From Fonticula alba ATCC 38817 (Eukaryota; Protista; Nucleariida), in NCBI GenBank assembly GCA_000388065.2, contig KB932214.1: 59,674 bases of DNA; one strand, given 5' to 3'. Below, piece after piece: positions 1-11,863 of the stretch; positions within the stretch are counted from its first letter, which is position 1, and each line of letters opens with the position of its first letter. The notes under the pieces were generated by a model. The model did not search any database. It was given only the letters and a program-made list of their open reading frames with translations, and was not told the DNA's origin. Both the position numbers and the translations under genes were made by a program.

Positions 1-1234
1 CCCGACGCCACTAACACCGAGCCAATGTTTGGATCTGGGCGGATTATTGTATTTCGCATTTCATCCCGCTCGCCGGGCCCGCCGGTGTCCCGCCCCTCCC
101 CCCGGGCAGGGGGAGGGGGGGTGCTACGGGGAGGCCAGTGCGGCGAAACCCGTGCCGGCGCCGAGCGCTGGCGGTCCCTCCACGCAGGCGCCCCCCCCCC
201 CCCCCCCGCCCTCGCCGGGCAGGGTCCGTCGGCAGGCTCGCCTCGGTTCCGCCGCCCCCAGGGCCACTTTGCCGGCTTCCCCTTCTTCCTGCTTTTATTC
301 CTGCGCCAGGCGCGTGGCGGGCCGGCGCCGGAGCCGCCAGCCACATGGATAGGGGGAGCCCCCCCGCTCCTCCCCCCCTGGTGGAGGCCGAATACGGGGT
401 AACTCGCCCCCGGCCGAGGGGGGGGGGGGGCCCGGACTGGAGCGGGGAAACTGGGCTCTCCTCCGCCGGCAGGAGGCCGCCTCCCGGCGGGGCCGGGTCG
501 CTCAGCGGTCTTGGGGCGGCCTCCCCGCTCCGGCGCTGGCGCGGCGCGACGCCGGCAGCTGTGGAAGCGGCGTTTCACGATCCCCCCCCCCCCCTCCGCC
601 GCAACCGTGCCAGGCGAATGTGGAAGCGGGAAAACAGCCCTCCCAGCCGCCCACCCGAGGCTGGCCCCCCCCCCCGGGGGAAGCCATGCCGGGGGGTGGA
701 CCCCGCCGCGCTCCGGAGCCTGTCATGCCCCGCGCCGCGTGACCAGCGCACGATCACGCCCACCCGTACCGCCCAGTGCTGTGCGCATTGGCGGCACAGC
801 GCCGGCACTCGCCAGCGGCCGCGTTCAGGCACCATCCCCATGCTAGTCGGGGAGCAGGGCGCCGGACCGGGGAGGGGGGGGGGGGGCCCTGCCTGCTACA
901 GCCGGCGGCGGGGATCGCGCACCCCGGGGACCGCTGCGCCACACGGGCGATGCACCAGAGCCCCCGGGCCGCGCCTGTGCCGGGAGGCGATCTCGGCTCT
1001 GGCCGATCGCAGGTGCCGGCGGTCCTCCGGGCCCGGCCAGCGACATGGACTAAAGCCTGGCCACCCTTCGCCCGCTTGTCCCGCTAGGACCCGGGCATCT
1101 GCCGCAGATCGCCACTGGCTCTCGATCTCCCCCCCCCCCTTTCCCCTCCTCTCCCCCCTCCTCTCGCTGGTGCTCCCTCCCCCCCTCTCTCTCTCTCCCC
1201 CCCTCCCCTGCTCGGTGATCGCCTGTTGCCACGA

Positions 1235-1682
1235 ATGCTGAACCCCTTCGGACGCGCTGGCCCACCCGGGCCGCCACGGGCCCTGGTCGCTGCGGTCGCT
1301 GCGCGTGCGGCCCTGATCGCCACAACCGCGCGCGGGCTCAGTGGGCGGGCGGTGCCGGGGCCGCCAGGCGCGCGGCGTCGTGACCCCGGCCCCCGGCGCG
1401 CCGCCACCACCGCTCCGGCCACCACCAGCACACTGCCCTCGACGCACCGGAGGCTGTCCACATCGGCCCCCGGCAGTGTGTCGATGGCCGAACTGGCGGC
1501 CGCGGCCGGTGCCGGGCCTGCCGCAGGCCGGACGGCTGCCGGGGGATCTCCCCGGCCCGGGGCATGGGGCCCCTCGACGGTCATCTGGCCGGTGGCTCCC
1601 CGGCGCCTGGACGGCCCGGGCTCGGCGGGCCCCTGGGCATCACACCTGGCCGAGGCACAGCGCGCCATCAGCGGCCTGCCGC

Positions 1683-1732
<50 letters not shown>

Positions 1733-2635
1733 GCCAGCGCCGGGGCCGGACTCGGCGGCCCCGGCACCACGGACCTGCCCTCGGTCGATGGACTCATGGG
1801 GCTGGCAACCCCGGTGCATGAGGCCGCTCGGTCGGCCATCTCCTTCGCCGAGGAGACGATCGAGGCGCGCACCACCAGCGGGTCCCTGGCCCCAAGTGAC
1901 CAGGGCAAACGCCTGCCCGAGGCTCGGGCCCTCCTGGCCAAGGGGGACCACTGCTTGGCGGCCCTGTTCCTGTGCGTCCCTGCCCCTGCCCGTCATCCTG
2001 CCCGCCTGGCCCCCTGACCCGATGTGCTGGNNNNNNNNNNNNNNNNNNNNNNNNNNNNNNNNNNNNNNNNNNNNNNNNNNNNNNNNNNNNNNNNNNNNNN
2101 NNNNNNNNNNNNNNNNNNNNNNNNNNNNNNNNNNNNNNNNNNNNNNNNNNNNNNNNNNNNNNNNNNNNNNNNNNNNNNNNNNNNNNNNNNNNNNNNNNNN
2201 NNNNNNNNNNNNNNNNNNNNNNNNNNNNNNNNNNNNNNNNNNNNNNNNNNNNNNNNNNNNNNNNNNNNNNNNNNNNNNNNNNNNNNNNNNNNNNNNNNNN
2301 NNNNNNNNNNNNNNNNNNNNNNNNNNNNNNNNCACTCATGCCCCACCCCACCCCCACACCCCCACACCCCCCCGGTAACCGGCCAATGCCACCGAACACC
2401 ACCACCCCTCCCGGTCGCCTGCCTGCAGCGAGCTCCTCTCGGTCAGCGTGCTCCAGACGCGCAGCATCCAGCAGCGTCTGGATGTCGAGACGAAGAAGCT
2501 GTACGGCGAGCGCGCCGGAGCCAAGCTCCCCTCGGCCTTCGCCAGCGCCCTGTCGGGATTCCAACAGGCGGTGACCAATCTGCACGCCACGTCGCACTTC
2601 ATCCTCGGCATCACGTCGACCGCCGGCGGCCCGAG

Positions 2636-2679
<44 letters not shown>

Positions 2680-4404
2680 GCGGCGGCGGCGGCGGCACCG
2701 CCCGCACGCAGCAGCCCGGCAGCGGGACCACCGGCAAGGCCACCGCCAACCGGGCCGCGACTCGGGCCCCCGGCGCTTCGAGCACCGGGCCAGGCGCCAC
2801 CAGCCCCGGCCAGGGGGGAGCGTCCGCGGCACCGATGCCGCTGCTGCTGCTGGACCGCAAGCGCTGCCAGCAGGTGACCGACACGCTGACCGCCATCGCC
2901 GACGAACTGACGGCCTTCATCCCGGCCCTGGCACGGGCCACCTCGCCGGAACTGCTCAAGGCCTACAGCCGCCGGGGGATTCGCCAACTCCCCCGGGCCG
3001 ACCGGATGCAGCTGCTGGACGCGGCCACCGACGCGCGGGTGGCCATCCGCCTGTATGCGGAGCTGGCCCGGGCCACCCTGGATACGTGGCTCCCCGGGCG
3101 CGAGTGCCTGGAGGCGGCCATCGTCCTGCTGGAGGCCGAGCACTCGGCCTCCGGGGCGGCGGAGGCCGACTCGTCCGACTCGTCCGGCTCCGAGTCGCAC
3201 ACCTCGGACCATGAGTCGACATCCGGCGGCGAGTGGACCGATGGCGAAACCGAGCGCCGCCAAGCGCATGCCGGGCTGTCGGAACTTCGCCGGCAGCTGG
3301 TGGCCGCCACGGCCGGGCAGAACCCCAGCTTCATCGGGGTCGTGCGCACGGACCTGGACACCCGGCGCCTCATGCGAGCGGCCATTCGCGATGTGCAGGA
3401 CCTTTGCTCCTTCTACTATGCCGGGCTCTTCCCGGATATCATCGAGCCGCTGTTGGACATCGGCAGCCGGCATTTCTCCACCGACCGGAGTTCCCTGCAC
3501 ACGGCCTACATCCCGGCGCACTTGTCCTTCATCATCTCCGAGGTGTTGAAGAATGCGGCGAATGCCGCCTGTGACCGGGACATCGAGGCCCACGAGCCGG
3601 CCCGGCGCTTTGCCCTGACCCATGACAACATTCGCCCGGTGTACTTCCGGCTGAGCCGGCTGACGGCCACCGCGGCCGCCCGGTGCCTGCCCAACTCGCC
3701 GGTCTTCGCGCGGGCGCGCGACCTGCCCGGAACCGCAGCCAAGGGCCCCGCCGCCGCTGGGGATGCCATTGCCGCGGCCGCCGCACAGTCCCTCCCCGAG
3801 GTGGTATGCATCCAGGTGGCCGACTCCGGCCATGGGATTCCCTCCAACATCGACAATGTCTGGGACTATGGCTTTAGCTCGGTACGGCGTTCTCTCGCCC
3901 TCCCCCCTCCCCCCTCTCCTCCGCGGGCCTCCTTCGTGGTTGGCACATGCATGCTCGCTGCCTGGCCGGCCGGTCGGCTGGTGCACGCGGATGCGACCCG
4001 CCTCTCTCCCTCCCAGTATATATATATATATACATATGTATATATGTCACTTTCTTCCTCCCCTCCTCTGCCTTTCTCTCGGTCCCCCTTTTTGCCTTGC
4101 CCTGTCTCACACACGCATACACACACACACACACACACACACACAGAGACCCATCCACGATAGCCACAGCGACGCGAACCATTTCGCCTTGCAGGCACAG
4201 ACCGGCATGCAGTCCGGGTCCGGGGCCTCGCTGGCGGGCTTCGGCTTCGGCCTGCCCCTGGCTCGGCGGTATGCGCGCTTCTTCGGCGGGGACATCTTCG
4301 TCCGCAATGGCCCCAAGTCCCCGTTCCCCGAGGATATCCTGCCCTCGCTGCCGGGATCCGGCTGCCATGTGGACATTTTCCTGGTGGTCCCGGCCAAGAA
4401 GTGA
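1235..4404 (+). CDS. Mitochondrial alpha-ketoacid dehydrogenase kinase (PDK/BCKDK family, GHKL ATPase fold), at least 3 exons
   Basis: Exons 1235-1971 (donor GTGCGT), 2429-3881 (donor GTACGG) and 4195-4404 (4201 is an alternative acceptor; TGA). Phases are compatible: CT+C gives Leu, then phase 0. Motifs: N-box IPAHLSFIISEVLKNA, G1 box IQVADSGHGIP, VWDYGFS, G2 box GFGFGLPLARRYARFFGGDI. The Arg/Ala-rich, acid-free N-terminus resembles a mitochondrial presequence. The N-gap at 2031-2332 could hide another exon. Confidence 0.9.
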
Positions 4405-4597
4405 GGAGGGGCCCCGGCCAGGGTCTCCTGCCGGCCTCGCCCGCCCGCCCGCCCGCCCGCCCGCCCGCCTGTGCTGACCCGGGGTCACGCGCCGTGTGTG
4501 GCCCCCTTTCCTCCCCTTGCGGCATAGACGCCGGGCAATGGCGCGCGTGCGCGCGCTGCCCCCGGCACACTGGGACATGGCGCCATGTGAGACGAGG

Positions 4598-4603
4598 AAT
4601 AAA
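4598..4603 (+). terminator. Probable polyadenylation signal (AATAAA) of the PDK-like gene
   Basis: AATAAA about 195 nt after the stop codon, in otherwise very GC-rich DNA. Confidence 0.45.
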
Positions 4604-5413
4604 CACGCTGTGTATATGGATGTGGCATGTGGCCCCCGGCCGTTGTGGCCGCACGCCGGCAGAAGGACAGGCGGGAGACCCCCCCCACATACAGGGGAAA
4701 GGGCCAACGGCGGCAGACGCCCATGACTCGATTGGGGAGGCGAGGGGAGGCAGACTGAAATGTGGCGAGCGCCGGCGGCGCCTCGCCCTTTGCGCGCATG
4801 CACCCCTTTCACCAGGGCCATCTCAATATACCGTATCGGCTTGGCCATTTTTGACACGCCGCCGTGCGCGAGCCGCACGCATTTGCCCCAAGCATGGAAG
4901 CCCGATCCATCGGCAGCGGAAGCGAAACGTTGGGAGCTTGGCGGGGTTCGGGAGTCCACGTTATTGTCTGCCTGCACGTGCGGGGCACATGCCAGCGGTC
5001 CAAGCCTTTCCTCGATCGAACATCGCGTGTGCCCCCGTGTGTGGCGGGCTCGCATGCTGCCGCGGCGCTGCGAGCATTACACACGCAGGGAGCCCACGCA
5101 AGGTAAGCCCCCCCCCCCTCCCCCCCCCCGCACCACCCTGCGCCACGGCGCCACGCCACGCTCACGCCGGCATATCAGCCCCCGGGCTTGACTCGAGGCC
5201 CCGGCCAGGCAATCCACAAACTAGACTTCCCTCCAGCTGCCTACTCCCCCCCCCCCCTCTCCCCCTGCCTTTCGGTCCCTTCCTTTTTGTCTCTCCTCCC
5301 CTTGCCGGCAGCCCCCTCCCGCCCGCTTGGCCGGACATTCGCCCGCCCCTGTCCCATCCTACGCCCGGCAGCCACCTGTCCGTGCACTCTCTATTGCCGT
5401 GCGCCAGCCCCAG

Positions 5414-8400
5414 ATGTCGGAGAGTGGTGCCCCCATCGCCAGGTCCCGGATCGCCGCGGCGGCCCCTGGAGCCCTGCCGGGCCTCGCTCCCTCCGGTGCG
5501 TGGCAGCCACCCCCCCTGGGGGCAGCTGGCATGCGCAGTGTCGGCCAGCATTCTGGCCGGAGTGTCACAGAAGCACTGACCCATGCATGGCAATGGCCTT
5601 CTCCCTCCCTCCCTCCCTCCCTCCCTCCCTCTCTCTCTGCCTCTTTTGTTGTTCGGTGACCTGGCGCACAGTGCGCATTGCGGCTCCTGGTGGCGCGGCC
5701 CCCGCCACAGGCGGGGTGGTTTTTCGCCGCCCCGGGCACAGGTCGCGCCAGCGATCGGAGCCGGCCACCCATGCCACCCCGCCGGCGCAAAGCCCGCTCG
5801 AGGCGCCACCCGACGACCTGGTCTTTCTGCGTGTGAAGCGTCGCCGGAATGATGAGCCACTGGATACTTTCGGTGCGCCACGGGCCAGGGCGGCCAAGGA
5901 CCCCCCCCCCCCTCCACTTTCCCCCCTCCACTTTCCCCCCTCCCTCCTCCCATTGGACGCCCTCCTGCTCTCGAGACCCGCTGGCTAACACCCCCGGCTC
6001 GGCCTTTCGCTGGACACAGTTGTTCCGGACAGTGCGACCCCGTCGGACGCGGCCGGGGCCAAGCGCATGCGGCTCTTCCGCCGGGCGGTAACCACGCAAT
6101 CGTCCTCCAGTCTGCCGACCCTGCTGCTGGATCCCAAGCGCCGGCATGACGCCATGCAAAATCTGACCGCCGGTCAGCCGAGCACCGGAGGCGCGGTGTC
6201 GACCGCGGAGGCGCCAGCCCAGGGTACTCGAATGGCCGGGCCGGCAGCCGGCGATGCTGGCGGGGCTGTCCCGGCTGCCAGCTCGGCCGCGACCCGGCGC
6301 CCGGAAGAGGCCGAGGGGGTGGACCTGGCCATGCTGGTCCCCCCCGGCCCGGGGCCAGCCAAGCGGCCGACGGTGGGTCTCTTCAAGCCAACCATCCCGA
6401 AGTCCGGGCCTCGAGCCCCGGGCCCGTTCACGGCGGCGGCGGCGGCGGCGACGGCGGCGGCGGCGGCGCCGCCCACCGGGCCTTCGACGTCCGGGGACCG
6501 GCCGCTGAGTCCGCCGCTGAGCCCGGCCTTCCCGCCGCATCCCCTTTGGGGGGGGCCGGCCCCGCCGACGAGTGGCAGCCCCCGGCGGGCGGCTGGTCCC
6601 GGGGTCGGGGCCCAGGCCCTCCCGTCGGGGGAGATGCTGCTGGAGGCACGGACTGACCGGATGCGGGAGGATCGGGCCTCCTCGCGCCAGCAGACCTTCC
6701 GGATTGCGCGCCTTCGACGGGCGGCCCCCACGGCGCTGGATGCCAGCCGACTGACGGCGGCCGAGCGAGCCAGCGCCGCGCCTCTGGCCGCCGGAGCCCG
6801 GCTCATCGACTTGGAGGCCCTGGCGGAGGGGCATGCGGATCGGGCGGCCGGGCTGCCGGCCGACCCGTCCATCCTGGGGCCTACCGGGGACCGGCATTCG
6901 GAGTATGTGTACGATGTGTACTGCGAGGCGGATGCCGGGGCGGCCGGGGGCCCGGGAGGGCATGCCGGCCGGGCTGGCATCGATGCCGATGACGCTGGCA
7001 CCATCGAGTCCTTCGATGAGAGCCTGCTGCGGTATGCCAATGCTCCGGAGCCCTCCGGCCCCGGGGCCGTGGATGTGGAGAACTACTTCTGGTTCGATGA
7101 CTATGACGATATGCTGGCCAATGAGTATGACCAGGATGCCATGGACGACGATGAGGACTCCAATGCCGAGGACTTCTGGGCCAACGATTACCCCGATGAG
7201 GAGGAGGACTTTGAGGACTACGTGCGTCCGGTGGCGTGTGCTGCTGTTGTGCATCGGTGCTGTGGGGTTTTTTTTTTGTGTATCTGCATATGCGCATGTG
7301 TGGGCGAATGCATTTGCGCCTGTCGCCGTATGCCCTGTGGGGGCTGCGCACAGTGCATTGCCCGGGCCGATCCCGGTTCCTGTCTAACCTGTGTCTTTTC
7401 CTTTTCCACCCACTGGAACGCCCATCGCCCTGGGAACCCCGTGCGGGATTATCCCCCCCCCCCCCCCCCCCCCCCCCCCCCTTTCTCCCTCGGCCCTTCG
7501 CAGCAACTTCCAGATGTGTCCTCCCCCCCCCTTCCGCCTTTTGGGTCTGCTGACAATTCGCCCCCCNNNNNNNNNNNNNNNNNNNNNNNNNNNNNNNNNN
7601 NNNNNNNNNNNNNNNNNNNNNNNNNNNNGCTTTCTTGGCTGGAAGAGCAGGAGGCCAAGCACATGTATTTGGTGGACACCATGCAAGATCTCCAGGGGGG
7701 AGGGGGGGGATCTACACTCTTTCACTCTTCCCCCCCCCCCCCCCCCCCCTACCACCACCAACGCCATCATCACAGACCATCGGCGGGTACTCCGACGAGG
7801 AGGAAAACTATGGCGCGGCCTCCTTCTCGACGTACCGGCAGCCGCGACGCCAGTATGGCGACGACTCCTCGGACTCGGATGGCAGCTGGTCCGGGTCCTC
7901 CTCCGACGGAGAGGGGACCCCCTATGGGGGCATGGCGATGGACATGGAGGCCAATGAGTTTGCCTCGCGGCCCGGCCGCCGGGGCGGCCACCGGCACCGC
8001 CATCACCCGGGGGCGGCCATGTCCGAAGATGGCGACAGCGATGTCGACGGGGGCGCCTGCTCGGATGCGCCGCCGGCCTACTGGTCGGCTTCGGCCTCGT
8101 GGCTGTGTCGACGCCAGGAGGCCGGGGACGACTGCCGGACGCACGGGCCATCCGGCTTCCGGTATGCCGCCGGAGATGAGGACTATTCGGACTTCTCGGA
8201 TGACGGCGAGCGGGAGGTGGCCCGGCGCCACCGGGACCAGCGCCTGGCTCGGCGCCGGGCCGACGAGGCCGAGGCCACTCGCCGGGCCGAGGACCTGGCC
8301 CAGCTCATGGACCGGTTGGGGCTGGGCTCTCGGCCGGCCTCGGCCACGGCCAGCCCGGCATCGCGTGCGCTCTCCTCCGATCGGGACGTCAGCATCCTGT

Positions 8401-8849
8401 GGGCCGAGGGGGCGGCCGGGGCCGGGGCCGGGGCCGGGGCCGGTGGCCCCGGCATGCAGCCGGGCCAGCAGCTGGTGGCGCCGGTGGACCCGGCTGTCTG
8501 GCGGGCCGTGGACGCCGGGTCTGCCGGGCTGGCCTCGGGGCCGGACTTCTCGCAGCTGGCCGGCATGGCGGCCGGCGGCCGGGTGTCCCTGCGCGTGGGC
8601 TATTCCCTCTCCTCCGAGGACGACGATGGGGAGCTGAGCGACTCGGACCGGCGGCTCTTTTCGCGGGTGAGCGCCGCTCGCCGCCAGGAGGAGCTGTATT
8701 CGGATGACTTCATTTCCGACGAGGAGGATGCCGATGAAGAGGAGGATGGCGAGTACTATGGGCCGACTTCGGCCCGGGGAGGAGGGGGCTTGGCCGGGTC
8801 GTCGGCGCATGGCGCGTGGCGTGGCATCCGCCCGCAGCAGCCCTTTTAG
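5414..8849 (+). CDS. IWR1: Iwr1/SLC7A6OS-like RNA polymerase II nuclear import factor
   Basis: Exons 5414-5495, 5672-5872, 6020-7221 and 7776-8849, with phases 1/1/0 all consistent. Family motifs: LRVKRRRNDEPLDTFVV...AKRMRLF, SEYVYDVY and DDDEDSNAEDFWANDYPDEE. Long acidic C-terminal exon. Exon 1 is the least certain. Confidence 0.85.
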
Positions 8850-9691
8850 GCCTGCGCCTTCCCGCCTCCGGCGAGGGAGCACCGGTTTGCCTGTGCCTTC
8901 CGCGTGTTCTTTTTTTTTTTCGCCCTCTCTCCTCGTGCGCGTGTCCAGGCGGCCGGGGAAAAAAAAAAAAGAAAGCCCGCAACAAAATATAGATAGATGC
9001 ACGATGGGCGTGTCGTCTCTCCTTCGTGTGACCTGTGCACTCGCCCCCCCCCCCCCCCCGCTCGCTCCCATGCAACAGAGGGCGAGAGACCCACCAGAAG
9101 GCCCGGCACCACACGCGTCTCGCCTTATACACACGCACACAGAAAGGGGGGATATGGTTGGAACAAAGGAGAAGGACAAATGTATTATTCTTGGAGAGGG
9201 GGGGAGGAGGGGCGCGCGTGGCAGACGCAGCGGGGAGAGAAGAAGAGGGAGGGAGAGAGACCGGCGCGCGGGCGCGCATGCACACGGGGGCAGAGAGAGA
9301 GGAGGGGCACGGAGCAACTAGGGTCCCCCCCGCCGATGCCGGCCGGCGCAGGCGCGTTTTGCAGCACGCGCGCGTGCCCTTTCCCCCGTCCCGCGCGCCT
9401 CGCTGTTTGTCCCCCCCTCCTCCTTCTCCCGCCTTGCCTCTCTCTCTCTTGCGCGCGCGCGCTCGCTCCATGTGGAGAGAGAGAGAGAGATGCGGCGTCT
9501 CCCGGGCGCCAGCTTTTTTTTTCTGACGAGAAGAGAGAGAGAGAGAGAGAGAGGGGAGGGAGGGGGGAGAGGAAGAGGAGGATGGCACCACACAGCGGCG
9601 CGCGGGCGGCGTTTCAAAAAAGAGAGGGAGAACAAAAAGGATAAGGGGCGCGTCACACAAGCATGTGCGCTGCTGCTGCTGCTGCTGCTGC

Positions 9692-11407
9692 TTAATCCAG
9701 CTTGGAGCCGGCCTTGACCACGCCGGCCTTGGCCTTCTGCTGGAAGTTGCTCCAGCCGCTGGTGATGAAGGCGGAGGCCGAGCCGGTGCCCGTGCCGGTG
9801 GTCCCGTCGCTGAGGGCCACCGGGGTCGGGGGGCTGTCGGCGGACCAGCCAGCCGGGAAGAAGCGCCGGGCGATGCCGGCGCTCAGGAGGTTGGCCTTCT
9901 TGCTGAGGGTGTCGAAGCCGATGTCCGACATGCCGCCCAGGGTGGAGGTCACGAAGTACACCATGTTCGGGAAGGCCACGAGGCCGGCATTGCGCTCGAC
10001 ACCGGTGACAATGTTGGAGACGGCCTGGGGGGAGGAGGGGGTGGGAGGGAGGGGGGGCGGCGGTGTCAGCAGAGAGAGAGAGAGAGGAGGGGGGGGGTGG
10101 AGCATGCATGTTGGGCAGCAAAATGTCATGGACTCAGCAACAAATATTTCTCAGCAGTGATGTTCTCAGGCAAAGTAGGTAATGTTGGATCATCCTTGCG
10201 CATGACATTGCCCCCACATATGTGGAGGTGCGTGCGCGGCGAGGGGGGGGGGAGGGAGAAGAGAGGAGGGTGACACGTACATGGCCCACCTCGAGCAGCA
10301 TGGGCAGCTCGACATTCTGGGGGATGAGGGAGGTCCGGACGAAGCCCGGGGTGATGACCGTCACACCGACATTGTAAATCTCGCAGTACCGACGCAGGGA
10401 CCGGCCGGCCGAGCAGACCATGGCCTTGCCGGCGGCATAGTCCGGGGCGCTGAAAATCGGCATCATGGCCGACAGCGAGGACATGAGAACCACCTGCGAG
10501 GAGAAGGCCCCGGCGCGGCCGCTGCGGTCGCACATGTTGCTCACCAGCGGGAAGATGGTGTTCCAGACGCCCTGGCAGTTGACCTGGGTGATGTCGGTGA
10601 AGGAGTCATGCAGGGTGTACTTGGGGTCGGTGTTGCTGGACATGGCCGCGATGCCGGCATTGGCGAAGACCAGGTCGATGGGGTGCTCGGCGTCGGCGGC
10701 CAGGATGAACTCCCGCATGGCCTGGGCATCGCGCACGTCCACCACCTCCGAGGTGACGGTGGCACCGCGGTCCGTGGCATCCTTGGCCGCATTGGCCAGG
10801 GCCTCCTTGTTCATGTCGATGATGGACAGGTGGACCCCGGGCCGGGCGTACGACCGGACCAGCTCGCGGCCGATGCCATTCCCGGCGCCGGTGATGAAGA
10901 TGGAGCTGTGTGTGTGTGTGTGTGTGTGTGCAAATGCACAGACACGCAGGCGCATGCGCGCACCAGCCCCGGGGGGGAGGGGAATCCAACACCATAGGTA
11001 AGTATGACACATCCATCTGGAGGGGGGAGGAGGGGGGGGGGGTCGAAGATCGCTGCCTCGTGGGCGCGGTCAGGTTTGTGGGACACATGCTGTCTCTCCG
11101 CCTCCGCCTCGCTGCTCCGTCGCCGTCGCCTGCGCGGGCCGGCCCACGCGTGAGAGGAGGGGGCGCGCGCGCAGACAAACGGACGGGGGGCGCAGTGGGG
11201 CGCATACGAAGGAGGAAGCACGCGGCGCATTTGTCGAAGACGAGGAAGGGAGTCACAAGAGGGAGAGAAAGAGGAACAGCCGAGGGCAGCGCAGCCGCAC
11301 GCCCGTTCCCAGTGCCCAGGACTCCGGGGGGAGAGCGGGCCCGGGCATGTCGGCTTTTATAGCCGGCTCCCCTCCCCCGGGCGAGAAACGGGGCCCGTCG
11401 CCCCCGG

Positions 11408-11448
<41 letters not shown>

Positions 11449-11812
11449 GTCGCAGGAGCCGACGGGGAACGAGAGGGAAGGAAAAAAAAAAAAAAAAGAC
11501 GAGAAGCCAGAAGCGAGAAGCAGGCGCGTAGGCGGGCGCGCGTGTGTACATGCGTACGCCCGCGCGCGTTGGCCAGAGAAAGTGGCATGCGCGGGCATGT
11601 GACGTCACGTGACACCCACACGACACTGCTCCGATCACTTCCCCGATCACCACCGACGTGAGGGACGGGGCGGCGGCGGGGGGAGGGGCGAGAAGGGGCT
11701 TTCTCTTCTTTTCTTTTTTTCTCCCCCTGACGTCCCTGGGCTACGCGCGCCCCCCTTCCCCGCGCACGAAAGATGCGCGGAGAGTAAGGGGGGAGACACA
11801 CCGTTGCGCTGT

Positions 11813-11863
<51 letters not shown>

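Noticed and set aside
2024-3214. ORF-track poly-Gln protein (QQQQ...RRRR)
   Set aside because: It is an alternative frame of the (AGC)n(GGC)n repeat that encodes poly-Ser/Gly in the PDK exon.
4800-5060. AT-richer island between PDK and Iwr1 with short ORFs (for example MAKPIRYIEMALVKG)
   Set aside because: No recognisable protein motif, splice pattern or RNA boxes; probably promoter or UTR sequence.
10190-10202. TGCGCAAGGATGA matches part of U6 snRNA as recalled
   Set aside because: No ACAGAGA box or other U6 sequence is nearby; it is better explained as the snoRNA box C region.
10996-11006. ATACTTACCT (U1 snRNA 5' end) on minus, which is a perfect GTAAGTAT donor on plus
   Set aside because: The following sequence has no U1 stem-loops or Sm site, and there is no plus-strand exon upstream. 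Treated as chance.
10993-11016. 24-nt AG-bounded segment (ATGGATGTG...CCTATG) as an extra SDR exon
   Set aside because: It is phase-neutral, but the donor GTGTTG is atypical and the peptide is uninformative. Not supportable without transcripts.
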